A stretch of DNA of 48,232 nucleotides from Patescibacteria group bacterium (GCA_034660655.1 JAYEJU010000012.1:1-48232); one strand, 5' to 3'; numbered from the stretch's first letter, positions 19,878 to 30,221 are shown. A program made the numbers and translations. The notes: generated by a model not told the origin, from the letters alone.

Positions 19878-19996
19878 ACAGCGCAAAATCTTGGCAAAAT
19901 CTATTTTTTTAATAGTCTTTGTTGATATCTTTTTGTCAATCAAAAAGTAAAATTAATCAAATAATAAATCTATTTTGAACACAAAAGGAGGAGGTT

Positions 19997-20173
19997 ATGG
20001 ATTTAAAAGAAATAGCTGAACTATTGGAAGTAGGAAAAACAACAGTTAACTTTGTCTTAAAAGGAAAATGAGCAATTCCTTTTTTAACAACCCCAAAGGA
20101 AGCTATGGGGCTATATAATAGTTGCCCTAGTTCAATGAAATCTGCTATAATTAAAATTTTATCCAAGATGTAG
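19997..20173 (+). pseudogene. Excisionase/HTH_17-like small ORF interrupted by an in-frame TGA at codon 25
   Basis: SD aaaggaggagg lies 4 nt before the ATG. The ORF reads MDLKEIAELLEVGKTTVNFVLKGK-TGA-AIPFLTTPKEAMG... and ends at TAG 20171-20173. A terminator follows at 20197-20233. Confidence 0.35.
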
Positions 20174-20196
20174 AATAGGGTGATTGACGCTATTTC

Positions 20197-20233
20197 AAGC
20201 CGAAGGCAATTTGTCTTCGGCTTTTATTTTTTT
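20197..20233 (+). terminator. Intrinsic terminator
   Basis: Stem aagccgaag/cttcggctt followed by ttattttttt. Confidence 0.75.
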
Positions 20234-20346
20234 GACACAAAAACAAAAAATATTTATAATCAAAGTATATTAAATATTCAAATAAAAATTTTAAATTTTT
20301 GACGCCCCAAATATTGACTTTTATAGCCTTAAAGCTACAATATAAA

Positions 20347-20498
20347 ATGTAAGATATGATAGAGTTATTTATACTTTTTGAAAAATTTTTTTTGGTTGTC
20401 ACGCTATATATAATTACAAATCAACTAAGGTTCTAGATTCTGGATAAATGATTTTCTAAAATGACAAAAAGTGTAAACAACGCTCTTGGCTCTTATAT
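20347..20498. repeat. Nested-palindrome element, short copy 2
   Basis: Ends atgtaagatatgatagagttatttatacttttt / aaaaagtgtaaacaacgctcttggctcttatat. The central 55 nt (cgctatatataattacaaatcaactaaggttctagattctggataaatgatttt) is co-linear with 7558-7611. Confidence 0.7.
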
Positions 20499-20520
20499 AT
20501 AAAATAATAAAATAAATTTT

Positions 20521-21225
20521 ATGAAAAACAATTTTTTTGAAAAAATACAATTAGAAGAAACGGAAAAAGAATTTTCCAGTGATCGTTGTTTAGAGCAGGC
20601 AATAACTTATATCAGTGATTTTAAAAAATTTTATGAAAGCGATTTTGTAAAAGAAACCTCTATGGAAAAATATGGATTTTCAAAACAAGAGCAAGAAAAA
20701 ATATTAGGACTGGCAGAAAAATTAAAAAGTAATATACTTGATGAATATGAAAATAATGAAAAATTATTAGTGTCAGGAGATTCTCAATTCAAACATTTAG
20801 CTGGAAATTCTACAATGGTTTTTGCTGGCGGGCAGGCAAGGCGTTATGAAAGTGGAAAAACAATTTCCGAAGAATTCAGAAAAAAGATAAAAAATCAAAT
20901 AGAACTTTTAAATTATTATATTCAAGAATTAGTTGAAAATAAAGAATTATTGCAAGACGAATTAACGCTTAAAAACGGGCATTTGCAAAAATTTTCTAAA
21001 TATTTTTCCAGTGAAGTAGTTTCTGAGTCGCCAAAAAGAATTTTAGTTTTTAAATTTTTTCGCGATTTAGAAAAACAAGGAATCCTCAAAAAAAACTTTT
21101 CTCATCGTTTAGAAGAAATAGATGAAGAAACCAAAATAAAAAATTTTTTAGACATTAAAAAATTAGAGCAAGAAGGATTAATTTTAGTAAAAGAAAACGA
21201 TGATGAAATATATAAATATGTTTAA
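20521..21225 (+). CDS. Hypothetical protein
   Basis: 234-aa ORF, Lys/Glu-rich, with no recognisable motif. It is tightly packed, 6 nt upstream of alaS. Confidence 0.5.
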   Translation: MKNNFFEKIQLEETEKEFSSDRCLEQAITYISDFKKFYESDFVKETSMEKYGFSKQEQEKILGLAEKLKSNILDEYENNEKLLVSGDSQFKHLAGNSTMVFAGGQARRYESGKTISEEFRKKIKNQIELLNYYIQELVENKELLQDELTLKNGHLQKFSKYFSSEVVSESPKRILVFKFFRDLEKQGILKKNFSHRLEEIDEETKIKNFLDIKKLEQEGLILVKENDDEIYKYV

Positions 21226-21231
21226 CTTTGT

Positions 21232-23247
21232 ATGACAGCAGAAGAACTTAGAAAAAAATATATAAAATTTTTTAAAGAAAAAGGGCATCAAGAAATTGCG
21301 TCAGCTTCATTGGTGCCAGAAAATGACCCAACAACACTTTTTATAACTGCCGGAATGCATCCTTTGGTTCCGTATTTAATGGGCGAAAAACATCCAAAAG
21401 GAAAACGACTTGTGAGTGTTCAAAAATGTGTCAGAACAGTAGATATAGAAGATGTTGGAGATAGCACGCATAATACTTTTTTTGAAATGCTTGGAAACTG
21501 GTCGCTTGGAGATTATTTTAAACAAGATTCAATTAAATGGAGCTGGGAATTTTTAACAGATAAAAAATGGCTTAATATTTCTCCTGAAAAAATAAAAGTG
21601 ACAGTTTTTGAGGGCGATAAAGATGCTTCGCGTGATGATGAATCAGTAAAAATTTGGCAAAAATGTTTTAAAAAATCAAAAATTTCTTTTGAAGTTTATG
21701 ACAATAAAAAAAAGAATAATAAAACCGCGCGAATTTTTCCTTTGCCTAAAAAAGATAATTGGTGGGGGCCGGCTGGGGAAACAGGTCCGTGTGGTCCTGA
21801 CACAGAGATTTTTATTGATTTAGGCAAGCCAGTAAATTTTGAAAAATGTCCAAATAACAATAATTGTAAACCTGGCTGTAATTGTGGAAGATATATTGAG
21901 ATATGGAATAATGTTTTTATGGAATATAACAGAAAATTCAAAATTCCAAATTCCGAATTCCAAATAAATTCAAAATCTCAAATTCAAAATAATAAAAAAT
22001 ATAAGTATATTGCTTTGTCGCAAAAAAATGTGGATACAGGGATGGGATTAGAAAGAACTTTGGCAATTTTGAACGGGTTTGATAATGTTTATGAAATAGA
22101 ATTGTTTAAGCTGATTATTCAAAAAATTGAACATTTAACAATAAGGACATTAATGCATTTTGAAACAGAAGAAAAAGAAGAATATGAAAATAGTGGAACT
22201 AAATATAAAGACAACCCAAAAGCTTTTAGAATAATAGCTGATCATATAAGAACATCCGTGTTTATGATTTCCGATGGTGTGATACCGTCTAATCTTGGAA
22301 GAGGATATGTTTTAAGGCGTTTAATTAGACGAGCTATTCGTTATGCTAAAATGATTAAAATAGAAGAATCACATTTTACTTTTTTAATTGCGAAAGAAAT
22401 AATAAAAATATACAAAGATGTATATCCAGAGTTAGAAAAAAATAGAGATTTTATTCAAGACTGTTTAGTAAAAGAAGAACATAAATTTTGTCAAACTTTA
22501 GAAAGAGGATTAAAAGAATTAAAAAAAATTTATGGAACGGTTATTAGAGGTGTAGATCCTGAAAATTTGTCAAAAGATATGGTTATACAAAATAATATAA
22601 TGCGTGCTGACGGCAAAAAAATTTTTCATATTTATGAGACTTATGGGTTTCCAATTGAGATGTCGCAGGAAATTATGAAAGAATGGGGAATAGCATTTGA
22701 CGAAGAAACAATTGAAGAAGCAAAAAAAGCATTTAAAGAACATCAAGAACTTTCTCGCACTGCTTCAGTAGGGATGTTTAAAGGCGGATTGGCAGACGCC
22801 GGGGAACAAGCAACTAAATATCACACAGCAACACATCTGCTTTTGGGATCTTTGCGAAGAATTTTAGGAAATCATATTTATCAAAAAGGAAGCAATATCA
22901 ACGCTGACAGATTAAGATTTGATTTTTCGCATTCGGAAAAATTAAGTGAAGATGAAAAACAAAAGATTGAATATTTGGTAAATAAACAAATACAAAAAAA
23001 ATTGCCTATCAATAGTGAAGAAATGAGTTTAGAAAAAGCGAAACAGCTTGGAGCAATAGGAGTTTTTGATTCTAAATATGGAGATAAGGTAAAGGTTTAT
23101 ACAATAGGCAACCCAGACAATGTTTTTAGCAGAGAAATTTGCAACGGACCTCATGTAAAAAATACTTCTGAATTAGGGAAATTTAAAATAAGGAAAGAAC
23201 AATCTTCGAGCGCCGGAGTCAGAAGGATAAAAGCTATTTTAGAATAA
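21232..23247 (+). CDS. alaS: Alanine--tRNA ligase (short form lacking the C-Ala/DHHA1 domain)
   Basis: FITAGMHP, WNNVFMEYNR...VDTGMGLERT, editing-site HTATHLL and CNGPHV. It ends at GVRRIKAILE (671 aa). Confidence 0.92.
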   Translation: MTAEELRKKYIKFFKEKGHQEIASASLVPENDPTTLFITAGMHPLVPYLMGEKHPKGKRLVSVQKCVRTVDIEDVGDSTHNTFFEMLGNWSLGDYFKQDSIKWSWEFLTDKKWLNISPEKIKVTVFEGDKDASRDDESVKIWQKCFKKSKISFEVYDNKKKNNKTARIFPLPKKDNWWGPAGETGPCGPDTEIFIDLGKPVNFEKCPNNNNCKPGCNCGRYIEIWNNVFMEYNRKFKIPNSEFQINSKSQIQNNKKYKYIALSQKNVDTGMGLERTLAILNGFDNVYEIELFKLIIQKIEHLTIRTLMHFETEEKEEYENSGTKYKDNPKAFRIIADHIRTSVFMISDGVIPSNLGRGYVLRRLIRRAIRYAKMIKIEESHFTFLIAKEIIKIYKDVYPELEKNRDFIQDCLVKEEHKFCQTLERGLKELKKIYGTVIRGVDPENLSKDMVIQNNIMRADGKKIFHIYETYGFPIEMSQEIMKEWGIAFDEETIEEAKKAFKEHQELSRTASVGMFKGGLADAGEQATKYHTATHLLLGSLRRILGNHIYQKGSNINADRLRFDFSHSEKLSEDEKQKIEYLVNKQIQKKLPINSEEMSLEKAKQLGAIGVFDSKYGDKVKVYTIGNPDNVFSREICNGPHVKNTSELGKFKIRKEQSSSAGVRRIKAILE

Positions 23248-23256
23248 AAATATTAA

Positions 23257-23330
23257 GCGCTCGTAGCTCAACTGGATAGAGCGTCTGGCTTCGGACCAGA
23301 AGGTTGTGGGTTCAAGTCCTACCGAGCGCG
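23257..23330 (+). tRNA. tRNA-Arg (TCG)
   Basis: Acceptor GCGCTCG/CGAGCGC; anticodon stem TCTGG/CCAGA with loop CTTCGGA; T-loop TTCAAGT. Confidence 0.92.
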
Positions 23331-23340
23331 CATAAAACAA

Positions 23341-23371
23341 AAAATCCCTAAATAGGGATTTTTTGTTTTTT
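23341..23371. terminator. Bidirectional intrinsic terminator (tRNA-Arg / hup)
   Basis: Stem aaaatccc-taaata-gggatttt followed by a T-run, with an A-run on the other side. Confidence 0.65.
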
Positions 23372-23397
23372 ACAATTTTTTTGTAAAAAATAAAATT

Positions 23398-23673
23398 TTA
23401 TTTTTTAAGAGCGTCCTTCAAATTTTTGCCTGCTTTAAATTTTGGCACAACAGTTGCCTTAATTTGAATTGTTTCGCCAGTCTGAGGATTTCTCCCTGTC
23501 CTTGCTGCTCTTTGTTTAGCGGAAAAAGTTCCAAAGCCTGTTAAAGCCACTTCTCCTCCAGCTTTTAATGTGTCAATTACAATGTCAGTAAAAGAGTCAA
23601 CAAAATTTTCAGCATCTTTTTTACTAGCTTCTGTTTTATCAGCAACAGCTGAAATTAGTTCTGATTTGTTCAT
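23398..23673 (-). CDS. hup: DNA-binding protein HU
   Basis: MNKSELI..., GFGTFSAKQRAARTGRNPQTGE.I.I, 91 aa. SD AAGGGGGTGA lies upstream. Confidence 0.95.
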   Translation of the reverse strand: MNKSELISAVADKTEASKKDAENFVDSFTDIVIDTLKAGGEVALTGFGTFSAKQRAARTGRNPQTGETIQIKATVVPKFKAGKNLKDALKK

Positions 23674-23797
23674 TTATATTCACCCCCTTTCTATATTCAC
23701 TTTAACATTTTAGCAATATAACACATAAACAATTTATAATTCTAATGCCATTTTTGTTAAAATGTTTTAATAAATTATTTTATCTCAGATGTTTTTA

Positions 23798-25315
23798 TTA
23801 ACGGGCATATTCTAACACGCGTGTTTCTCTGATTATATTGACTCTTATCTCGCCGGGATATTTTAGTTCTTTTTCTATTTCTTTAGCAATATTTTTAGCT
23901 AATTTATGCGCTTGGAGATCGCTTATTTCTTCGGAATTTACAAAAACTCTTATTTCCCTGCCTGCCTGAATCGCGTAGACTTTATCAACTCCGTCAAAGT
24001 TTTTAGCTATGCCTTCAAGCTCTTCTAATCTTTGAAGATATTCTTCGTAAGTGTCTTTTCTTGCTCCTTGGCGAGATCCAGAAATTGAGTCAGCAACCTT
24101 TACAATTATCGCTTCTAATGTTGGGGGGTGATCATCGTGATGAGTGAGAATTGGTATTATGATTTCTTCTGGCAGTTTAAATTTTTTAGCAATGTCTCTG
24201 CCAATTTCAGGATGCGTGCCTTGTATTTCTTGGTCTACTGCTTTTCCAATATCATGCAGTAAACCAGCTTTTTTAGCCACAACAGAATCAGCGCCAAGTT
24301 CTTCGGCTAATATAGCAGATAGTTGAGCTACTTCCACGCTATGTCTTAATACATTTTGCCCATAGCTTGTGCGATATTTTAATCTGCCTAAAATTTGAAC
24401 CAACTTTGGATCCAAACCAGCGACTCCTGTTTCATAAACAGCGTCTTCGCCTGCTTTCTTAATATCAATTGATAATTCTTTTTTAGCGGAAACAATGGCT
24501 TCTTCGATCCTTCCAGGGTGTATTCTTCCATCTTTAATTAATTTTTCTATCGCAATTTTCGCGACATTTCTTCTAATTGGGCTAAATCCTGATATTATTA
24601 AAGTTTCTGGTGTATCATCTATTATAATCTCCACGCCTGTTAGTTGTTCAATAGATTTGATATTTCTTCCTTCTCTGCCAATAATTCTGCCTTTCATTTC
24701 ATCGTTTGGCAACGGCACTGATGTTGTTGTTGTTTCAGCAGTATGTGAAGAAACACATCGTTCAATAGCTGAAATTAAAACCTCTTTAGCTTTCTTGTCA
24801 ACTTCTTCTGATGATTCTTTTTCAACTTTTCTAATTCTTGTAATAAGATTTTCTTCTGCTTCTTTTTCTATTAAATCAAGCAAAATATCTTTTGCTTTGG
24901 TTTTTGTTATTGTAGCTATTTTTTCTAATTTTTTAATTTGATTTTCGCGAATTTTTTTTATTTCTTCTTTTATTTTCGCAATATGATACGCTTCTTTTTG
25001 AATTCCTTTTTTCTTATTTTCAATTTCCAGAATTTTTTTGTCAAAAGCTTCCTCTCTATTTTCTAATCTAGATCTCATTCTTGATAGTTCGCGACGTCTT
25101 GAATATTCTTCTTGCTTTGCCTCATCAATAACTTTTATTGACTTGTCTCTTGCTGACAAAAGAACTTCCCTTGCTTTTTCTTTTGCATTAGAAACCAGGT
25201 CAGTTGATTTTTTTTCAGCGTCATCAGCTTGTTTTATCGCGACTGTTTTTCTCAGTAAATACCCCACCGCTATGCCAGAAAATATCCCGATAGTTAAAAA
25301 TAATACTTCCATCAT
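23798..25315 (-). CDS. rny: Ribonuclease Y
   Basis: N-terminal TM helix, coiled-coil region, KH motif GRIIGREGRNI, and HD domain LLHDIGKA. Confidence 0.93.
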   Translation of the reverse strand: MMEVLFLTIGIFSGIAVGYLLRKTVAIKQADDAEKKSTDLVSNAKEKAREVLLSARDKSIKVIDEAKQEEYSRRRELSRMRSRLENREEAFDKKILEIENKKKGIQKEAYHIAKIKEEIKKIRENQIKKLEKIATITKTKAKDILLDLIEKEAEENLITRIRKVEKESSEEVDKKAKEVLISAIERCVSSHTAETTTTSVPLPNDEMKGRIIGREGRNIKSIEQLTGVEIIIDDTPETLIISGFSPIRRNVAKIAIEKLIKDGRIHPGRIEEAIVSAKKELSIDIKKAGEDAVYETGVAGLDPKLVQILGRLKYRTSYGQNVLRHSVEVAQLSAILAEELGADSVVAKKAGLLHDIGKAVDQEIQGTHPEIGRDIAKKFKLPEEIIIPILTHHDDHPPTLEAIIVKVADSISGSRQGARKDTYEEYLQRLEELEGIAKNFDGVDKVYAIQAGREIRVFVNSEEISDLQAHKLAKNIAKEIEKELKYPGEIRVNIIRETRVLEYAR

Positions 25316-25586
25316 ATTTTTTGATTTTTCAAAAAACTATCAACACAATTTTTGCTTTTAAGCTAACTTTTTATTTTTAAACTTAATTCTAACGCAAATA
25401 AAAAAACTATTTATAAAGTATTCAAATTTTTAGTAAAATTAAGTTTTATTTTTTTTATATCCATTTTTTTATTTTGTAGATACTATGCTCTTCAGTATTG
25501 AGTTGATTAGCTGTCTGAAATTATTTAATAATTTAAAATTTTATTTTTTTATATTAAAAATATAAAAAAATAAAATTTTAAGTTAT

Positions 25587-26162
25587 TTATTTCACAATTT
25601 TATCAATAATTCCATATTTTAACGCTTCTTCCGAAGACATATAATAATCCCTGTCCGTGTCTTTTTCAATTTTTGGGAGATTTTGTCCTGTATGTTTTAC
25701 TAAAATTTTATCTAATTTTTCTTTTAATTTTAAAATATATTCCGCTCTGATTTTAATATCTGACGCTTGCCCCTCAGCTCCGCCCATTATTTGATGGATC
25801 ATAATGCTTGAATTTGGCAAAGCAAATCTTTTATTTTTAGCGCCAGCAGACAAAAGCAATGCTGCCATTGAAGCAGCGTTTCCAATGCAGATAGTGGAAA
25901 TATTTGATTTTACGTATTGCATTGTGTCGTAAATCGCCAAGCCGGCAGTTACAGATCCGCCATTACTGTTGATGTAAAGTTTAATATCTTTATTTTTATT
26001 TTCACTTTCTAAAAATAGAAGTTGAGCGATGATTGTATTCGCGACAACATCATTAATTACTGAACCCAAAAAAATTATTCTGTCTTTTAAAAGACGTGAA
26101 TAAATATCATAAGCTCTTTCGCCAAAATGTGTTTTTTCAATAACTGTTGGAATTAAATGCAT
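25587..26162 (-). CDS. clpP: ATP-dependent Clp protease proteolytic subunit
   Basis: Active-site context [11 protein letters not shown] (Ser), IMIHQ (His), and DTDRDYYMS (Asp). Confidence 0.95.
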   Translation of the reverse strand: MHLIPTVIEKTHFGERAYDIYSRLLKDRIIFLGSVINDVVANTIIAQLLFLESENKNKDIKLYINSNGGSVTAGLAIYDTMQYVKSNISTICIGNAASMAALLLSAGAKNKRFALPNSSIMIHQIMGGAEGQASDIKIRAEYILKLKEKLDKILVKHTGQNLPKIEKDTDRDYYMSSEEALKYGIIDKIVK

Positions 26163-26232
26163 AAAATAAAAAATTTTTATTTTTTTTCATATTCTCACTA
26201 TTTAGCTGTTTAGTCAAGTATTTTTATAATAA

Positions 26233-27195
26233 TTAAACAATTTTCCATCCATAAGCTGTTTTTTTGATACATCCGTTTATTGTAAAGCCAGCAGCTTTTT
26301 TATGTCCGCCTCCGTTAAAAAAAATTGCGAAATAAGAAAGATTAATATTTTCTTTTGTTGTTCTTAGGCTAATTTTTACGCTATTTTCCTGCTCTTTTAA
26401 AACCATAACAAAGTCTAAGTTTTTTAAATTATTAAAAAAATTTACCAGATCTTCAACTTTTTCAATAAAACCGTTTTTTTCAGCGTTTTTGATTTCGTTT
26501 TTATGAATAACAGTATGGGCAAAATTATATTGTTTATTTTCTTTTATTCTTTCAAAGGATTTACCCCAAAATTTTAAAGTGTCTATTTTTTTGTTTTTGT
26601 GATTATTACGATTAAATTTGGCGATATTCGCGCCTTTTTCCAATAAATATGACGATATAGCAAATGCGTCTGAAGATGTGCCTTTGTTAGAAAAGTTATC
26701 AGTGTCTGTTAAAATTCCAAGTAATAGTGCTGACGCAGTGTCTTTGTCTATTTCAAAATTAACTGTCTGAAAAAATTTAGTTAATATTTCGGTTGTTGAA
26801 GAAGCATTGCTGTTAACTAAATTAATATCTCCAAAATTATTATTTGATATGTGATGGTCAATATTAATAATTTTTAAACCAGTTATTGCCTTGTCTAATC
26901 CTGTCCTGGCCAAATCTCCAGAGTCTAATGTTATTAACGCGTCAAAATTTGCATTGCTAATATTTTTTATGTCAACACTGGTAAAATTTAAAAAAGGCAT
27001 ATTTTTATAATTATTTTCGCCTTCTATATAAATTTTATAATTTTTGCCTTGGCTTTCTAAATATTTAGTTATAGCAAAAATAGAGCCTAAAGCGTCGCCG
27101 TCAGGTTTTTGATGCGCTGTAACAAGAATTTTTTTAGCTGACTGGATAGCTAATTTTATTTTTTTATATTTTATCTTTAACATAATTTTTTTCAT
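26233..27195 (-). CDS. nrnA: DHH-family phosphoesterase (NrnA-like oligoribonuclease/pAp phosphatase)
   Basis: HQKPDGDALGS, IDHH, and the DHHA1 motif GGGHKKAAG. It sits in the conserved infB-rbfA-nrnA arrangement. Confidence 0.85.
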   Translation of the reverse strand: MKKIMLKIKYKKIKLAIQSAKKILVTAHQKPDGDALGSIFAITKYLESQGKNYKIYIEGENNYKNMPFLNFTSVDIKNISNANFDALITLDSGDLARTGLDKAITGLKIINIDHHISNNNFGDINLVNSNASSTTEILTKFFQTVNFEIDKDTASALLLGILTDTDNFSNKGTSSDAFAISSYLLEKGANIAKFNRNNHKNKKIDTLKFWGKSFERIKENKQYNFAHTVIHKNEIKNAEKNGFIEKVEDLVNFFNNLKNLDFVMVLKEQENSVKISLRTTKENINLSYFAIFFNGGGHKKAAGFTINGCIKKTAYGWKIV

Positions 27196-27481
27196 CCTCT
27201 ATCGCGAATCTAATCAGTGGAGAATGTTTTAAAGAAAGCCTTTTGCAAATCAAATGCTTAAAATAACTTGTTCTTTTGTTTAATAAAGTTAAAACTTTCC
27301 CGCTAAATCTGCCCGGCAAAACTGAAATACAAATTTTTGCCTCTTTGCAATTTTTTAAAGTTTCAACTTTAATAACGGTAACTAAACATCCTTTTGGAAA
27401 ATCAATATTTTTTAGCATTATATCGCCGAGTTCTTTTCTAATTTGTTCATCCATTTGTAAATGTCTGTAATCTGTTTGCAT
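27164..27481 (-). CDS. rbfA: Ribosome-binding factor A
   Basis: 105-aa protein immediately downstream of infB, with an RbfA-like pattern (R...E.......D.....VT...V....D...A.I..S). Confidence 0.8.
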   Translation of the reverse strand: MQTDYRHLQMDEQIRKELGDIMLKNIDFPKGCLVTVIKVETLKNCKEAKICISVLPGRFSGKVLTLLNKRTSYFKHLICKRLSLKHSPLIRFAIEDEKNYVKDKI

Positions 27482-27482
27482 A

Positions 27483-29486
27483 TTAGGCTTTTGGAATTAT
27501 TTCTTCCTTTTTGTAAATAATTATTTTATCATCTTTTTTAATAATTGGATCGCCAGCAAAAAGCATTCCAAACTCTTGTCCGTCTTCAACAAAAGAAACT
27601 TCTTGCCTTCCTGATTGCAAGCTTTCAATTTTTCCAATTCCTATTTTTTCGTTGTCGCGCCAAATTTCTGCTTTATCTGTTTTTTCAGCTTTTCCTTTCA
27701 AAATTTTGCCGCCGATTATCATTGATTTTTTGTCTGTTTTAAAAATTTCAACAACAGATAATTGAGCTATTTCTTTTTCTATAGTTTCTACGCCAATCAT
27801 TTCTTTTACAATTTTATTAACATAATCCAACAAACCGTATATAACCTGAAACAATTCTATGCTGATATTTTTTTCTTTTGCCATTAAATCTGCTTCTGCC
27901 GCGGTTTTAATATTAAATCCAAGCAAAATTGTTTTGCTATTTTTTTGTTGATTATTAATAATTCCTTCCATTTGTAAAATATCAGACTCTGTAATATTTC
28001 CCAATCCTTTATTAATAATTTTTATTTTTACTTTTCCTGATTCTATTTTTTCTAAACTTTCCATTATTACTTCTGTTGACCCCAAAACATCAGATTTTAA
28101 AAGAATATTCAGAGAATTTTCCCTGTTTTTTTCGTCTTCTTGATTTTGGCTGTGAGCAAATTGTTTTGTATCCACGCCAGTTTTTTGCGTTTTTTTAATT
28201 TTTCCTCTTTTATCTACGACTTCCAAAATATCGCCAACCTGCGATAAATTTTTGATCCCGGATATCCTTACGGGAGTTGACGGAACAGCTTTTTCAATTT
28301 CATTTCCATTGCAGTCTTTCATTATTCTTATTTTTCCAGAAAATTGCTTATTAATGTTAATAAGATCTCCTTTATTTAATTTTCCCTTTTGGATTAATAT
28401 TGTCATTATTCCTCCTTCGCCTTTATCTAGGCAAGATTCAATAACAGTGCCGACTGCTTTTCCGTTATAATCAACATTTAATCTTTCTTTGTCAATATCA
28501 ATTGTTAAAAGCAGCATATCAAGCAGTTCATTTATCCCTATCTTATTTTTTGCGGAAATAGGGACACAAACAGCTTTGCCTCCCCAATCTTCCGTAACCA
28601 CATTATGCGTTGAAAGCTCTTTTTTAACCTTATCTATATTTGCTTCTTTTTTATCAATTTTATTTATTGCGACAACAAAAGGAATTTTTGATTTCTCAAT
28701 GATTTTTATCGCTTCTATTGTTTGCGGTTTTACTCCATCGTCAGCCGCCACAACTAAAATAGCGATATCAGCAATACTAGCGCCGCGAGATCTCATTGCC
28801 GTAAAAGCTTCATGCCCTGGAGTGTCAATAAAAGTAACTAAACGATTATTTTTTTTAATTTGGTATGCTCCGATATGCTGGGTAATTCCGCCAGCTTCTT
28901 TGTCAACTATGTTAGTTTTTCTAATTGCGTCTAAAAGTTTTGTTTTTCCATGGTCAACATGTCCCATCACGACTACAACAGGCGGTCTTTCTTTAATATG
29001 ATCGTCATTTTTATTCTTTTTTAATAAATTAACAAGATATTCTTCTCTATTTAAATCATAGTTTTTTTTATCCATTTCTATTTTTTTTGTTTTAGCTCCT
29101 AAATCCATAGCAATTATAGCGGCTGTGTCATAATCAATTTTTTCATTAAGCGAAATAAAAATTCCGTTTTTCATTAAAATTTCCATAAGCTTATTAACTG
29201 GGATTGAAAGGAGAAACGAAAAATCCTTTACTGTTATAAAAGGCGGTATTTCTATTTCTTTATCTTGAAAATCTATTTTTTCTTCTTTTTCTTTTTTAAT
29301 CTCTTCTTCAGCGATTATTTTTTTATATTGGATTAATATTCTATTCCAATCATTTAAAACCCTTTTAGCTGTTTGCTTGTCAATTTTGATGGCTTTTGCT
29401 CCAATATCAATACCAACCGCGGAAAGAATTTTACGCAGTTCTTGAGGCGATATTCTTAATTTTCTCGCTAACTCAGAAATATTCAT
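27483..29486 (-). CDS. infB: Translation initiation factor IF-2
   Basis: G-domain motifs GHVDHGKT, DTPGHEAF, NKID and SAK. Confidence 0.95.
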   Translation of the reverse strand: MNISELARKLRISPQELRKILSAVGIDIGAKAIKIDKQTAKRVLNDWNRILIQYKKIIAEEEIKKEKEEKIDFQDKEIEIPPFITVKDFSFLLSIPVNKLMEILMKNGIFISLNEKIDYDTAAIIAMDLGAKTKKIEMDKKNYDLNREEYLVNLLKKNKNDDHIKERPPVVVVMGHVDHGKTKLLDAIRKTNIVDKEAGGITQHIGAYQIKKNNRLVTFIDTPGHEAFTAMRSRGASIADIAILVVAADDGVKPQTIEAIKIIEKSKIPFVVAINKIDKKEANIDKVKKELSTHNVVTEDWGGKAVCVPISAKNKIGINELLDMLLLTIDIDKERLNVDYNGKAVGTVIESCLDKGEGGIMTILIQKGKLNKGDLININKQFSGKIRIMKDCNGNEIEKAVPSTPVRISGIKNLSQVGDILEVVDKRGKIKKTQKTGVDTKQFAHSQNQEDEKNRENSLNILLKSDVLGSTEVIMESLEKIESGKVKIKIINKGLGNITESDILQMEGIINNQQKNSKTILLGFNIKTAAEADLMAKEKNISIELFQVIYGLLDYVNKIVKEMIGVETIEKEIAQLSVVEIFKTDKKSMIIGGKILKGKAEKTDKAEIWRDNEKIGIGKIESLQSGRQEVSFVEDGQEFGMLFAGDPIIKKDDKIIIYKKEEIIPKA

Positions 29487-29908
29487 AGATTAAAATTAAT
29501 ATTTAATATTATTTAGCCTACTATAAATTATTGAATTAGTCAATAAAAACCGCTTTAACACTTGAATATACAAAGACTTTAGCGCGCCAATGCTTTAACA
29601 TTTAAACATACAAATTTTAATACGCGAATGTTTAGCCTTTTTAAATTGTTGTGAAATTACAACGACCGCAAGTTTTTTACAACAATTCAATTTTTTTTAA
29701 AAAAATAGAAATTTAAAAATTTTAGTTGTTAATATTTTTTGGATTTTTTTTTGTTGTATTTTAATAATTTTTTATTATAATACAAATAAGTTTTGATTGC
29801 TTTAAAATTAGAACATTTAATTTTCAATCTTCGCTCAGGATTATAATATATTTGATTTTTTTGTTCTAATTATTTTATTATAATTTTATGTATTCATAAT
29901 CCTTGCTA

Positions 29909-30069
29909 ATTATTTTGAATTACGAAATAATATTATTTCATAGTTCCCCTCTTTGAAAAAGAGGGGTAAGGGGAGATTTTTAAATAAAAATCAATAATAA
30001 ATCCCCCTTGCTCCCCCTTTTTCAAAGGGGGAAACCTGCTTTCAATGAATTTCGTAATTCAAAATAATT
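29909..30069. repeat. 161-bp composite palindrome: two inverted G-box hairpin units inside a 20-bp inverted repeat
   Basis: aattattttgaattacgaaat (29909-29928) pairs with atttcgtaattcaaaataatt (30048-30069). Inside are cccctctttgaaaaagaggggtaaggggagattttt and its inverted relative aaatcccccttgctccccctttttcaaaggggg. Confidence 0.75.
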
Positions 30070-30221
30070 ACATATTTACTATAAAATATTGTTTATTTTG
30101 AATAAAATAATTAACTAATTCAGATATAACTTGTTGTGTGAAATAATTTTTTTCTCTTTTTTAAATTTTTATTTATTGGTCTTTTTTAATAAGGAAAATT
30201 TTAATTTTTTTTATTTATTTT

